Origin: a virus
IMG/VR virus record: IMGVR_UViG_3300021959_000028
Span: 6,152-70,151 of that record
DNA length: 64,000 nucleotides
Direction: 5' to 3' (one strand)
Part shown: positions 18,776 to 28,317 of the stretch, one piece after another
How the letters are laid out: every line of letters begins with the position of its first letter
Numbering within the stretch: the stretch's first letter is position 1
Made by a program: the position numbers and the translations under genes
Notes under the pieces: model-generated
The model's database searches: none
Told to the model about the DNA's origin: nothing
The model's input: only the letters and a program-made list of their open reading frames with translations

Positions 18776-20229
18776 GATTACAAGAAGTAACATTATACGA
18801 AAACAAATCACATAGATTGTTACAAGAAGGTTGGCAAGATCTTACCGAAGCACAGCAAACTTATCAGTTGCGTTGGGAAAAAGAAGTTTGGCCTTTAGTT
18901 GAAGCATACAAAAATATTTTTGAACAAGAATTAACAGCAGTACAGATACAAAAAATCTTTACTAGTGCAGAACAAGTTATGACAGCAAGTGGTAAGAATC
19001 AAACTGCACTTGGAAAAGCTGGAAAACTTGCAGCTGACACTGTAAAACAAATCAACGATAAAATTAATGAGCTCGGCCGTATGGCACAAAAATCTGGACC
19101 TGTTCAAAATGCTGATGCTAAATTTGAAAAACTAAAAGCAGATATTAAAGCAAAAAATTCTGATTCAAAAATTGTAAAAGGAATTGAAAATGTTAGTAAC
19201 TGGGCAAAAGAGAATCCTGGTAAAGCAAGTCTTGCAATAGGTATTCTAACAACTATTGCAGCATTTGCCGGCGGACCAGCAGGCGGCGCAGCAGCAGGTA
19301 TGATTCTGCGCTCAACAAAAGAATTGTTACAAGGCGAAAAATTATCAACAGCAGTTGGTAAGTCAGCTAAGACAGGCGCATTAGGTGCTCTTATTGGTCT
19401 AGGTATTCGAGGATTAGGCGATGCTATCGAAGGTGTTGCTAATATGGCAAAGGATACATTAAATCCGGCATACATGCGAGCATCATGGGATTATATGGAA
19501 GATAATGTCGGTATACCTGACGATTGGGCAAATGCTACTCTTGTAGGGTATCCTGAAGATATTAAACCTGTTAGAGATGCATGGAATACTGCAATCTCTG
19601 CACTAAAAGATAATGATTACGATGCATTTACTAAAGAATGGAGCACAATTGAAGCAGCAGTTGATAAATTTAATAGTCCTGAATACCAAGCAGCATTAGA
19701 AGGAACTAGAGCAGCAAGAGCCGAATGGGCCGATGGTATTGACGCATTTAGTAAAATGGCAGACGGAGTTGCTGCCGCAGCACAAGGTGCAGCACAAGCA
19801 TCTGGTGATAAAAAAGAATCTTTAAATCTTAATGCAGAATACGAAAAATATTTGCAAGAAGCAGGTGTTGCTGATGTAATCAAAAAAGGCGGAGCAGCAT
19901 TAGGAAAAGCTGCCGCTTCTGGTGTTGGAAAAGTAAAGCAAGGTGCAAAAGCAGTTGGTAAAGAATTAGGCAACAAAGTTACTTCTCGTAAATTAAACAG
20001 TTTATGGAAAAAAGCAGGTAAACCAACTGACATGGCAAGCATTGTAAATATTTTAAGCCAAGCAGGAATTAGTGATCAACAAATCGGAACAGTTGGTAAG
20101 CAAGCACGTATACCTTTAGAAAAAAGCACAATTGATAACACAATAGACCCTAAATTAAAAGCATTAGCTGACGAAATTAGAATGTTAGATTTAGTTGATT
20201 ATTTGAAACCAAAACTAGCTGACGGTTAA
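18772..20229 (+). CDS. Probable internal head/ejection protein
   Basis: MRLQEVTLYENKSHRLLQEG and internal YLQEAG are LxE sites. Contains Ala/Gly hydrophobic segments. Confidence 0.55.
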   Translation: MRLQEVTLYENKSHRLLQEGWQDLTEAQQTYQLRWEKEVWPLVEAYKNIFEQELTAVQIQKIFTSAEQVMTASGKNQTALGKAGKLAADTVKQINDKINELGRMAQKSGPVQNADAKFEKLKADIKAKNSDSKIVKGIENVSNWAKENPGKASLAIGILTTIAAFAGGPAGGAAAGMILRSTKELLQGEKLSTAVGKSAKTGALGALIGLGIRGLGDAIEGVANMAKDTLNPAYMRASWDYMEDNVGIPDDWANATLVGYPEDIKPVRDAWNTAISALKDNDYDAFTKEWSTIEAAVDKFNSPEYQAALEGTRAARAEWADGIDAFSKMADGVAAAAQGAAQASGDKKESLNLNAEYEKYLQEAGVADVIKKGGAALGKAAASGVGKVKQGAKAVGKELGNKVTSRKLNSLWKKAGKPTDMASIVNILSQAGISDQQIGTVGKQARIPLEKSTIDNTIDPKLKALADEIRMLDLVDYLKPKLADG

Positions 20230-20453
20230 AAGAATGGCAGTCCGCTTTTCTTAGTAGTTTCGATATTTTCTTTGATAATATTGGCAATCATTTCTCGGTC
20301 TTCGCTACTTAACGCATAAGCATCGTCGATTGTGATTGAACCACGCATATACCAACAAAGTTTGAGAGTTTCAAACTTGTACTGTTTAGCTTCTTGTTCC
20401 ATGTTATGCGTAATTCCTAGGATCTCATCTACACTAAGAGACAAGATCCTCAT
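20226..20453 (-). CDS. Baseplate hub assembly catalyst, gp51-like
   Basis: Small ORF coupled to the gp26-like gene. LCWYMRGSITIDDAYALSSEDRE. Confidence 0.6.
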   Translation of the reverse strand: MRILSLSVDEILGITHNMEQEAKQYKFETLKLCWYMRGSITIDDAYALSSEDREMIANIIKENIETTKKSGLPFF

Positions 20454-21313
20454 GCGAAAAAATTTGATTGATCAAACGTTACTGGAATTTCGTATGTTTC
20501 TGGCACACCTTTTTCTATTTCTTCTGGTGTTGCATCTAATACTAAAGGTTTAATTTTAAATTTTTCTCTTTGTTCTTCTAAATGATCTGTTAGTGCAGAA
20601 AACAAAGTTTTTTCAGAGTTAGCAACAAACTCACTAATAAAAGCTGGGTTGTCAACAAACTCACCGTCTACTTCAATTTTCCATATACTTCTTTCAAGAG
20701 TACCAACAGTTATGTCAGTTAGCTTTTTAAAACTTTCGTTAAATTTAGCAAGTTTTTCGTTCTCTGGAATATTATTATCATTAACTAGAGAAAAAATTCT
20801 TTGTTCTTCAAAAGTTTTTAAACTTGTATCAGTAAATTCTCTATAAGTTAACGGACGAATGTGTATAATCATGTTATCCATTTCAAATTTACTATTAAAG
20901 TTTTTATTAATTAACCCATCTAGCATGACTCTTAAATCTACACTGTATGTTTTTTCTTCGCCGGTAACTGGCGTTTTAATATCTAAATCCATTTTTTCGC
21001 CATAGGTTGCAATTCTAATTGCAATAAGTATTGCATCAAGATCTAGACTAGGAATTCTCCAAGCGTCTTTGATGTTTGGAACACAACTTTGAATAACATC
21101 AACTGTTGCTTGGCCGTTTAAAAGTGCATCAGGAGTTTTCATAACAAGTTCGTCTCTAGCAGTCATTGGAAAAACAGGGTATTCGTTATTTTCTGTTTTT
21201 TCTAACGTACCGTCTGGCCAAAACTCTCCTTTACTTGGTAGTTGTAAATAGATTTTTGGTTGTCTAAAATATTTTTTAAGCGGGTTATTACCTGCAGGTT
21301 GAATTTCTGGCAT
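20450..21313 (-). CDS. Baseplate hub assembly protein, gp26-like
   Basis: NPLKKYFRQPKIYLQLPSKG...PMTARDE...LDLDAILIAIRIATYGE. Minus-strand TATAAATA at 21364-21357. Confidence 0.75.
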   Translation of the reverse strand: MPEIQPAGNNPLKKYFRQPKIYLQLPSKGEFWPDGTLEKTENNEYPVFPMTARDELVMKTPDALLNGQATVDVIQSCVPNIKDAWRIPSLDLDAILIAIRIATYGEKMDLDIKTPVTGEEKTYSVDLRVMLDGLINKNFNSKFEMDNMIIHIRPLTYREFTDTSLKTFEEQRIFSLVNDNNIPENEKLAKFNESFKKLTDITVGTLERSIWKIEVDGEFVDNPAFISEFVANSEKTLFSALTDHLEEQREKFKIKPLVLDATPEEIEKGVPETYEIPVTFDQSNFFA

Positions 21314-21391
21314 TTTTATCTCCTGATAAATACATTGTGTAAATATATACCATATGTATTTATATGCGCATATAACTAGGATGATACATTA

Positions 21392-24300
21392 GTGGCAGAC
21401 GAAATTGAAATTGTAAACGTCGGTGGCGAAGGTGGGGTTGCAAGCGAAGTTACCCTTGAACGTCTCGTCAAGGCCGTTGAAAAGATGTCTAAATCGGAAG
21501 GTTTAGACCCTAAAAAGACAACCAAAGCATTAAAAGATCTTAACAAAGAAGTCGAAAATGGCATTGATGTTATCACTGAAAACCGAGATGCATTAGAAGG
21601 TCATACTGATGCAGTAGAAGACACAACCTCAGCAATGTCTAATCTTAGTAGACATATGGGCAGTCTTGCATTAAACATTGCAGGATCTCTTGCAGGAAGT
21701 GTAGTTGGTTTTGCAAACGAATTAGTTCAAGGTGGCGGCAAACTAAGCGATTTCTCACAGCATATACCAATAGTTGGTTCTTATTTAGGAGAGTTTGCTA
21801 GTTTCCTAGATAATACATTTGATAGTTTTAGAGATTTAAGTTCCAGCGGAGCAAGTTTTAATAACAGTATGCAAGACTTGATGGTTTCTGCTGCTGGTGC
21901 TAGAATGCCAATTGACGAGTTTGCTTCCTTAGTTTCGAGAAATACCGAATTACTTGCAGCCTTTGGCGGAACTGCAACAAAAGGTGCTCAATCAATTGCT
22001 AGAATGCAAAACGGACTTGGAGGTATGAGAGAAGACCTCCTAAACATGGGTTTTACATTCGAAGAAATTAACGAAGGGCTAATTCAATATCAATACTTAA
22101 ACAGAGCTGGTAGTAGAGCTGAACAAAGAGATCAAGCAGCACTTGCACAATCTGCAGGCGAATACTTAAAGAATCTTAGCAATCTTAGCAAACTTACTGG
22201 ACAAAGTGTAGATTCAATTCAAGCTGAATTGCAACAACGCCAAACCAATACAGCCTTCCAAATGAGGCTTGCTACTATGGATCAACAAACACGAGATCGT
22301 ATTAATAGTGGCATGGCTGATGCTCTTGCAATGGGAGGACAAGCGGCTGCTGACAGATATATGCAAATGGTATTAGGAATGGGTCCTCTTACCGAAGAAA
22401 CAAGAATGCTAGCAGCAGGCTTACCTGGAGTTGAAGCAGCATTACAGTCAATGGCAGATGCTGCAACTAATGGAGCATTAACTACAGATCAATACGCAGA
22501 AGCTCAACGTGAGAACAGAGCTGCATTAGTTAGAGGTGCATTGCAAGGTGCAGAAAGTTTTGAAACTGTTATTGCTGCCGCAGCATCAGGAATAGATGGT
22601 CCTGCTAATACTCTATTAGGAGTGTTAGATGGAATGGGTATTGACTTTGCACGTTATGCAGGATTACAAGGACAAGCACTTGAAGATGCAATTATGGCCG
22701 ATATGGCTGCTGCTGAACAAGAAAATAATGCTAGAGGTACTTTAACACAAAATATGGCAGCGTTTGACGAGTCATTGAGAGAAGTAAGAAGTGCATTTAT
22801 GACAGCATTTGTTGAATCTGGACTGTTAGATCTAATTGCAGTAGGACTAGGACACTTTGCTGACTTTATTGCAGGGTTTGGCGAATCTCTTACTGATATG
22901 GTTGAACATATCGGTAACGGAGAATGGGTATCTGCAATAGTTGGCGTTATCGGAGATGCACTATCAGGCATTTGGGAAAATCCCGGTATATCAGCAGCAA
23001 TTATAGGAGGCATTGCAGCACTATTTGCAGGACCAGCACTTTTAGGAGCAGTTAGTAATACATTAACAGGTGCAGTTTCTAGAATGTTTGGCGGAGGGAA
23101 TGCTGGATCCGCACCGTCAGGCGGTGGTGGTACCAATCGAGGACGCGGCGGCAATGCTGGTGCTAATATGGGTCGCAATGTTGGCGGATTTGTTGGAGGA
23201 ATTGCAGGCGGAGCAATGGAAGGTGCAGCTAAAGGACTTGCAGCATTTGCTAATCCAGCAATTTTGGTTGGTGCAACAAACTTAGGTCTTGCAATTACTG
23301 CTATCGGTGCAGGTATTGCAGGCGCAGCATGGTTGATGGGAAATGCATTACCTACATTCTCAGAAGGAATGAAATCCTTTGAAGATATAGACGGTTCAAA
23401 ACTAATTAGTGCAGGCGCAGGTATGGCAGCAGTTGCAGGCGGCATGGCAGCGTTTGGTGCAGGTACAGCAGTAGCAGGATTAGGGTCATTAGTAGGTGGT
23501 GTAACTGAAGGCATTGGAAAACTGTTTGGCGCAGAAGATCCAATGGAGAAAGTTAAACGCTTTGCTGAATACGATATTGATGGCGCAAAAGTTAAAACAA
23601 ACGCCGAAGCACTAGTAGCCTTTAGTCAAGCAATGGCAGTTGCCGGCGGTGGCGAAGTAGCAAGTGGATTAGGAAACGCAGTTGGTGCAATAGGTAATGC
23701 TATCTCAAGCTTCTTCGGCGGCGAGAACGGAATACCATACGACGACATTACTGCATTTGAAGCATACAATTTTGATGCTGCAAAAATTCAAGCAAACGCT
23801 GCTGCACTAATTGCATTTAATACAGCACTTACATCAAGTGCAGGCGCACAAGCAACTGCTGGTGTAAGTAGTGCAATTGGAGCAATAGGTAGTGCTATTG
23901 CTAGTTTCTTTGGCGGAGAAACTCCTTTTGAACAAGTTAAATCTTTCGGTGACTTAGACATTAATGCTGAAGGTGTTACTACTAACGCAATTGCTATGAC
24001 TAGCATGGCTAACGCACTTTCAAGTTTTAATGGTACTGATGTTAGCGAAATTGACATTCCGAGAGCACTAGTAAGTAGATTTACTGAAATGGCAGCAATT
24101 ACTGGGACAGGGTTATCGACTACTGCAACTGGATTACAAGCATTAGCAAATGTTACAGGCGTGCCAGCGTTAGTTACATCATTAAATTCTCTTGACACAG
24201 ATAACTTAAACAACTATAATAGAGCTATGCAGAATCTAGTAGATACACTAGAAGAATTAAACGAAGTATTATCTGAAGATAATTCGGGAATGTTTGGAAG

Positions 24301-24490
24301 CGGTACTGGTGTTGCAGCAGCAAATGTAGTTGAGCAAATGGGAACCGCAGGCGGTGGTTCAGGAATGAGCGCAGAAAAATTAGATCAGTTAAATACTACA
24401 ATGGACATCGTTTCTCAATTATTAACTGAAATTAGAGACTATTCAAGAAGAACAAGCAGAAATACGGATGCCATAGGGCAAGCATTTTAA
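21392..24490 (+). CDS. Tape measure-like / hub gp29-like protein
   Basis: 1032-aa helical Ala/Gly-rich protein with hydrophobic stretches and periodic AIGSAIASFFGG repeats. Divergent from gp26/gp51. Confidence 0.6.
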   Translation: MADEIEIVNVGGEGGVASEVTLERLVKAVEKMSKSEGLDPKKTTKALKDLNKEVENGIDVITENRDALEGHTDAVEDTTSAMSNLSRHMGSLALNIAGSLAGSVVGFANELVQGGGKLSDFSQHIPIVGSYLGEFASFLDNTFDSFRDLSSSGASFNNSMQDLMVSAAGARMPIDEFASLVSRNTELLAAFGGTATKGAQSIARMQNGLGGMREDLLNMGFTFEEINEGLIQYQYLNRAGSRAEQRDQAALAQSAGEYLKNLSNLSKLTGQSVDSIQAELQQRQTNTAFQMRLATMDQQTRDRINSGMADALAMGGQAAADRYMQMVLGMGPLTEETRMLAAGLPGVEAALQSMADAATNGALTTDQYAEAQRENRAALVRGALQGAESFETVIAAAASGIDGPANTLLGVLDGMGIDFARYAGLQGQALEDAIMADMAAAEQENNARGTLTQNMAAFDESLREVRSAFMTAFVESGLLDLIAVGLGHFADFIAGFGESLTDMVEHIGNGEWVSAIVGVIGDALSGIWENPGISAAIIGGIAALFAGPALLGAVSNTLTGAVSRMFGGGNAGSAPSGGGGTNRGRGGNAGANMGRNVGGFVGGIAGGAMEGAAKGLAAFANPAILVGATNLGLAITAIGAGIAGAAWLMGNALPTFSEGMKSFEDIDGSKLISAGAGMAAVAGGMAAFGAGTAVAGLGSLVGGVTEGIGKLFGAEDPMEKVKRFAEYDIDGAKVKTNAEALVAFSQAMAVAGGGEVASGLGNAVGAIGNAISSFFGGENGIPYDDITAFEAYNFDAAKIQANAAALIAFNTALTSSAGAQATAGVSSAIGAIGSAIASFFGGETPFEQVKSFGDLDINAEGVTTNAIAMTSMANALSSFNGTDVSEIDIPRALVSRFTEMAAITGTGLSTTATGLQALANVTGVPALVTSLNSLDTDNLNNYNRAMQNLVDTLEELNEVLSEDNSGMFGSGTGVAAANVVEQMGTAGGGSGMSAEKLDQLNTTMDIVSQLLTEIRDYSRRTSRNTDAIGQAF

Positions 24491-24500
24491 AGGATAAGAC

Positions 24501-26252
24501 ATGAGTTGGAAAAAATATTTTACCCCTGTACCAACTGGAAATAACCCAAACGGAAGTTATTCTCCATTTGCGAACGGAATGAAGGGCGGAGGCCTCCCAG
24601 GCCCTGCTACACGTAATTACAACTCACATTTACCTGATGTATATGTAGGATCGCCTAATCGTATTGAACGTTATGGTCAATACAATACAATGGATAGTGA
24701 TTCTGAAGTAAATGCTGCTCTTGATATTCTTGCTGAATTTTGTACTCAAAAAAATACTAAAAATAATACCAACTTTATTTTAGATTTTAATAAGACTGCA
24801 ACTAATAACGAAACAACTATTTTACAACAATATTTGCAACAATGGTGCAAATTAAATAAATTTGAAACAAGAATGTTTAGAATTATCCGTAATGCATTCA
24901 AATACGGAGATCAGGTTTTTGTTAGAGATCCAGAAACTAAAAAGTTATTCCATGTCGATGCTGCAAATTTAACAAAAATTATTGTTAACGAATCAGAAGG
25001 TAAAACACCAGAACAATATGTAATTAAAGATTTTAATGTTAATTTTAAAGATTTAGTTGCAACAACTCCTAAACAAACAAATGGACAAGTTAATAACGGC
25101 GGAATGGGAAGTCAACGATCTCCTTCAAGTGGAACCGGTTATTTAACTACAAATAGTGCAGGGCAAGCAGGAACACGTTTTAGTACAGAAGAAAACGAGT
25201 TAACAGTAGATGCAGATCATATTTTGCATTTGAGTATGAGCGAAGGCTTAGACAACAACTATCCTTTTGGTAATTCTTTGCTTGAAACTATTTTTAAAGT
25301 ATACAAACAAAAAGAGTTATTAGAAGATGCGATTATCATTTATAGGGTGCAGCGAGCTCCTGAAAGACGTGTTTTTTACGTTGATGTGGGTAATATGCCT
25401 AGCCACCTTGCTATGCAATTTGTAGAAAGAGTTAAAACAGAAATACACCAAAGACGTATTCCTAGTCAGACAGGCGGCGGATCAAATGTTATAGATAGTA
25501 GCTATAACCCGCTGTCAGTCAACGAAGACTACTTCTTCCCCCAAACTGCTGAAGGACGTGGATCAAAAGTTGAAACACTACCAGGCGGTACTAACCTCGG
25601 AGAAATTGATGACCTACGTTACTTTACTAATAAGCTTGTTCGCGGTTTACGAATTCCTTCCTCTTATCTTCCTACTGGCGCAGACGACTCGAGCGCACAG
25701 TATAACGATGGTAGAGTAGGAACAGCATATATACAAGAATTAAGATTTAACACATATTGCGAACGTTTACAAAATATGCTTGTAGAAGACTTTGATCAAG
25801 AATTCAAACGCTATCTACTTGAAAAAGGTGTAAACATTGATGTAGCAATGTTTAATCTTAAATTCCAACCGCCACAAAACTTTGCAAGCTACAGACAAAG
25901 TGAGATTGATAATGCTCGTGTACCAACATATACACAAATGGCTGCAATACCTTATATTTCAAATAGATTTGCGTTACAGCGTTTCTTAGGCTTATCAGAA
26001 GAAGAACTTGCCGAAAACGAAAGATTGTGGCGTGAAGAAAATGATGAGAATCTACAAGCACCTCCAACTGACGGCGATGGCGAAATGAGAAGTGCTGGCG
26101 TTAGTGGCGGCGGCATATCAGCAGATCTTAGTGGACTAGAAGATGAATCTACTGACGGTGAAGCACAAGACGGAGGTACTGGATCTCCGCCAACAACAAA
26201 CACTGATACCGAATTAGGCGCTACATCTGCAAGTTCGGAACAAACTATATAA
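24501..26252 (+). CDS. Portal protein, T4 gp20-like
   Basis: LLEDAIIIYRVQRAPERRVFYVDVGNMP...EDYFFPQTAEGRGSKVETLPGG...LRIPSSYL. Confidence 0.95.
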   Translation: MSWKKYFTPVPTGNNPNGSYSPFANGMKGGGLPGPATRNYNSHLPDVYVGSPNRIERYGQYNTMDSDSEVNAALDILAEFCTQKNTKNNTNFILDFNKTATNNETTILQQYLQQWCKLNKFETRMFRIIRNAFKYGDQVFVRDPETKKLFHVDAANLTKIIVNESEGKTPEQYVIKDFNVNFKDLVATTPKQTNGQVNNGGMGSQRSPSSGTGYLTTNSAGQAGTRFSTEENELTVDADHILHLSMSEGLDNNYPFGNSLLETIFKVYKQKELLEDAIIIYRVQRAPERRVFYVDVGNMPSHLAMQFVERVKTEIHQRRIPSQTGGGSNVIDSSYNPLSVNEDYFFPQTAEGRGSKVETLPGGTNLGEIDDLRYFTNKLVRGLRIPSSYLPTGADDSSAQYNDGRVGTAYIQELRFNTYCERLQNMLVEDFDQEFKRYLLEKGVNIDVAMFNLKFQPPQNFASYRQSEIDNARVPTYTQMAAIPYISNRFALQRFLGLSEEELAENERLWREENDENLQAPPTDGDGEMRSAGVSGGGISADLSGLEDESTDGEAQDGGTGSPPTTNTDTELGATSASSEQTI

Positions 26253-26262
26253 ATACTATACT

Positions 26263-26511
26263 ATGATATTAAGAGAAATATTTTATTTTAATCAAGAAAC
26301 TGCTGAAGCAGAAGAAGATAAGCGTTACGATGCCGACGCCGATCAAACTCCTGTTGAAATAGAAGATACTAGAAAAACTAGATTAACTCTAAAACAAATC
26401 AACAGAGTTAGGCGTGCGTCTGATGCACACCAAGAAGAAAAAGCAAATGACTTGGATTTTGTGCGTCAAATGTATGGAATAGCTGCTAATTCTGAAGGCG
26501 CAGAACTATAA
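26263..26511 (+). CDS. Small head-region hypothetical protein
   Basis: TATAAATA at 26248-26255 lies just upstream, so the transcript is nearly leaderless. N-terminus MILREIF. Confidence 0.7.
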   Translation: MILREIFYFNQETAEAEEDKRYDADADQTPVEIEDTRKTRLTLKQINRVRRASDAHQEEKANDLDFVRQMYGIAANSEGAEL

Positions 26512-26664
26512 ACTATCATATAATTTTCTCTTTTAGAAACTAAATATCTTTGAGTTATACTCAAAATGGCTTGTTTTGAGCCTATTTCTACGCACTTTTC
26601 TCCCGTTTTGTTAAATACATATGACAGCCTTACCATAGGTAAAACATTTATTAGGAGAAAACAA

Positions 26665-27654
26665 ATGGCAGATTTAACCAAATTTGAAAAGATGCTAGAA
26701 CTTCTTGTCAATGAAGATAAAGAAGCAGCAGAAGAATTATTCCACGAGATTGTAGTAGAAAAATCACGTGACATTTACGAATCACTACTAGAAGATGATG
26801 CAGATCTAGAAGAAGATACTGACGAAGAAGTTGAAGAAGCAACTGACGAAGAAGTAGACGAGTCAGACGACGAAGATCTAGACGAAGCAACTGACGAAGA
26901 AGTAGACGAGTCAGACGAAGAAGTTGACGAAGGTTTTGACCTAGACGAGTTTGAAGTTGAAGCAGATCCAATGGATGACATGATGGGTGACATCGAAGCA
27001 GGCGACGACGAAGACGAAGGCGACGACGAAGAAGACGGCGACGACGAAGAAGACGGCGACATCGAAGATCGTGTTATGGACCTTGAAGACGCACTAGAAG
27101 ACCTAAAAGCAGAATTTGAAAAAATGATGGACGGTGACGAAGGCGACGACATGGACGACATGGATGCAGACGACGAAGAAGAAGCTGAAGAAGAAGCAAT
27201 GGCTTTTGAATCAGACGACGAAGAAGTTGAAGAAGCAGCAGACGAAGAAGTTGAAGAAGCAGCAGACGAAGAAGTTGAAGAAACTCAAAAATCAGCTGGC
27301 GAAACAATGCGTGAGTATGTTGAAAAAGTTGCAGGCGGACACGGTGCAGAAACTAAAGGTACAGCTGAAAACGGTGCAAACACTAAATCAGCAGTAGCTG
27401 GTAAAAACGACATGGGCGGTACAACTGCTAACATCGCAAAAGCTGAAGTAGCTAACGATCCAGAAGCAGGCGCAGGTTCAACTGTAAAAGGCTCAGCACT
27501 AAGTGATACAAGTGCAAAAGAAGATTCGGCTGGTAACATCAATGTTCCAGGCGGTAAAGCAGCTAAAGCTGGTAAAGCAGAAGCTGGACATGGCGCTGAG
27601 AAAAAAGGCAAGCCAGAAACTGCTGATAACAAAACCCCAGTTGTGGGCAAGTAA
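26665..27654 (+). CDS. Highly acidic prohead core protein (gp67-like)
   Basis: Start moved to ATG 26665 after AGGAGA. Extreme D/E repeats (EEVEEAAD). Lies between portal and protease. Confidence 0.7.
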   Translation: MADLTKFEKMLELLVNEDKEAAEELFHEIVVEKSRDIYESLLEDDADLEEDTDEEVEEATDEEVDESDDEDLDEATDEEVDESDEEVDEGFDLDEFEVEADPMDDMMGDIEAGDDEDEGDDEEDGDDEEDGDIEDRVMDLEDALEDLKAEFEKMMDGDEGDDMDDMDADDEEEAEEEAMAFESDDEEVEEAADEEVEEAADEEVEETQKSAGETMREYVEKVAGGHGAETKGTAENGANTKSAVAGKNDMGGTTANIAKAEVANDPEAGAGSTVKGSALSDTSAKEDSAGNINVPGGKAAKAGKAEAGHGAEKKGKPETADNKTPVVGK

Positions 27655-27677
27655 TTAGCAAGATTGGGGACTATTGA

Positions 27678-28301
27678 ATGATAAACTTACGAGAGCATTT
27701 GACATTCGACCAAGCACAGATTGTTGTGGAGAATGCCAACGAAGGAAAAGACTTGTATATGAAGGGAATTTGTATACAAGGCGGAGTACGCAACGCTAAC
27801 CAGCGTGTGTATCCTGTAAATGAAATTGGCAGGGCTGTCAAAACTCTCAATGATCAGATAGCAGGAGGATACAGTGTTCTCGGCGAAGTAGATCATCCAG
27901 AAGGCCTTAATATAAACTTAGACCGTGTAAGCCATATGATCCAAGAAACTTGGATGGATGGACCAAACGGTTATGGAAAACTTAAAATTTTACCAACACC
28001 GATGGGAAACCTAGTTCGCACTATGCTTGAAGCAGGTGTGAAACTAGGCGTCTCTTCGAGAGGTTCAGGTAACGTATCAGAAGACGGCAGTAACACCGTA
28101 TCAGATTTTGAAATAATCACCGTGGACGTTGTGGCTCAGCCCAGTGCCCCTGGTGCATATCCCACACCAATCTATGAGCATCTAATGAACGCTCGTGGCG
28201 GATATAAGGCATACGAATTAGCAGAGGCAACAAAACACGACAATAAGGCACAAAAATATTTAAAAGAGAGCTTATTAAACATAATAAGCGGGCTCCGATA
28301 A
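27678..28301 (+). CDS. Prohead protease, T4 gp21-like
   Basis: RNANQRVYP, GEVDHP, RVSH, GVSSRGSG and DVVAQPSAPGAY. Confidence 0.95.
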   Translation: MINLREHLTFDQAQIVVENANEGKDLYMKGICIQGGVRNANQRVYPVNEIGRAVKTLNDQIAGGYSVLGEVDHPEGLNINLDRVSHMIQETWMDGPNGYGKLKILPTPMGNLVRTMLEAGVKLGVSSRGSGNVSEDGSNTVSDFEIITVDVVAQPSAPGAYPTPIYEHLMNARGGYKAYELAEATKHDNKAQKYLKESLLNIISGLR

Positions 28302-28317
28302 ACGAGGAGAAACAGAA

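Noticed and set aside
26708-27650. CRISPR-like array or overlapping genes in the GACGAAGAA repeats
   Set aside because: The repeats are in-frame codons of an acidic protein with no unique spacers. The alternative ORFs are shadows of it.
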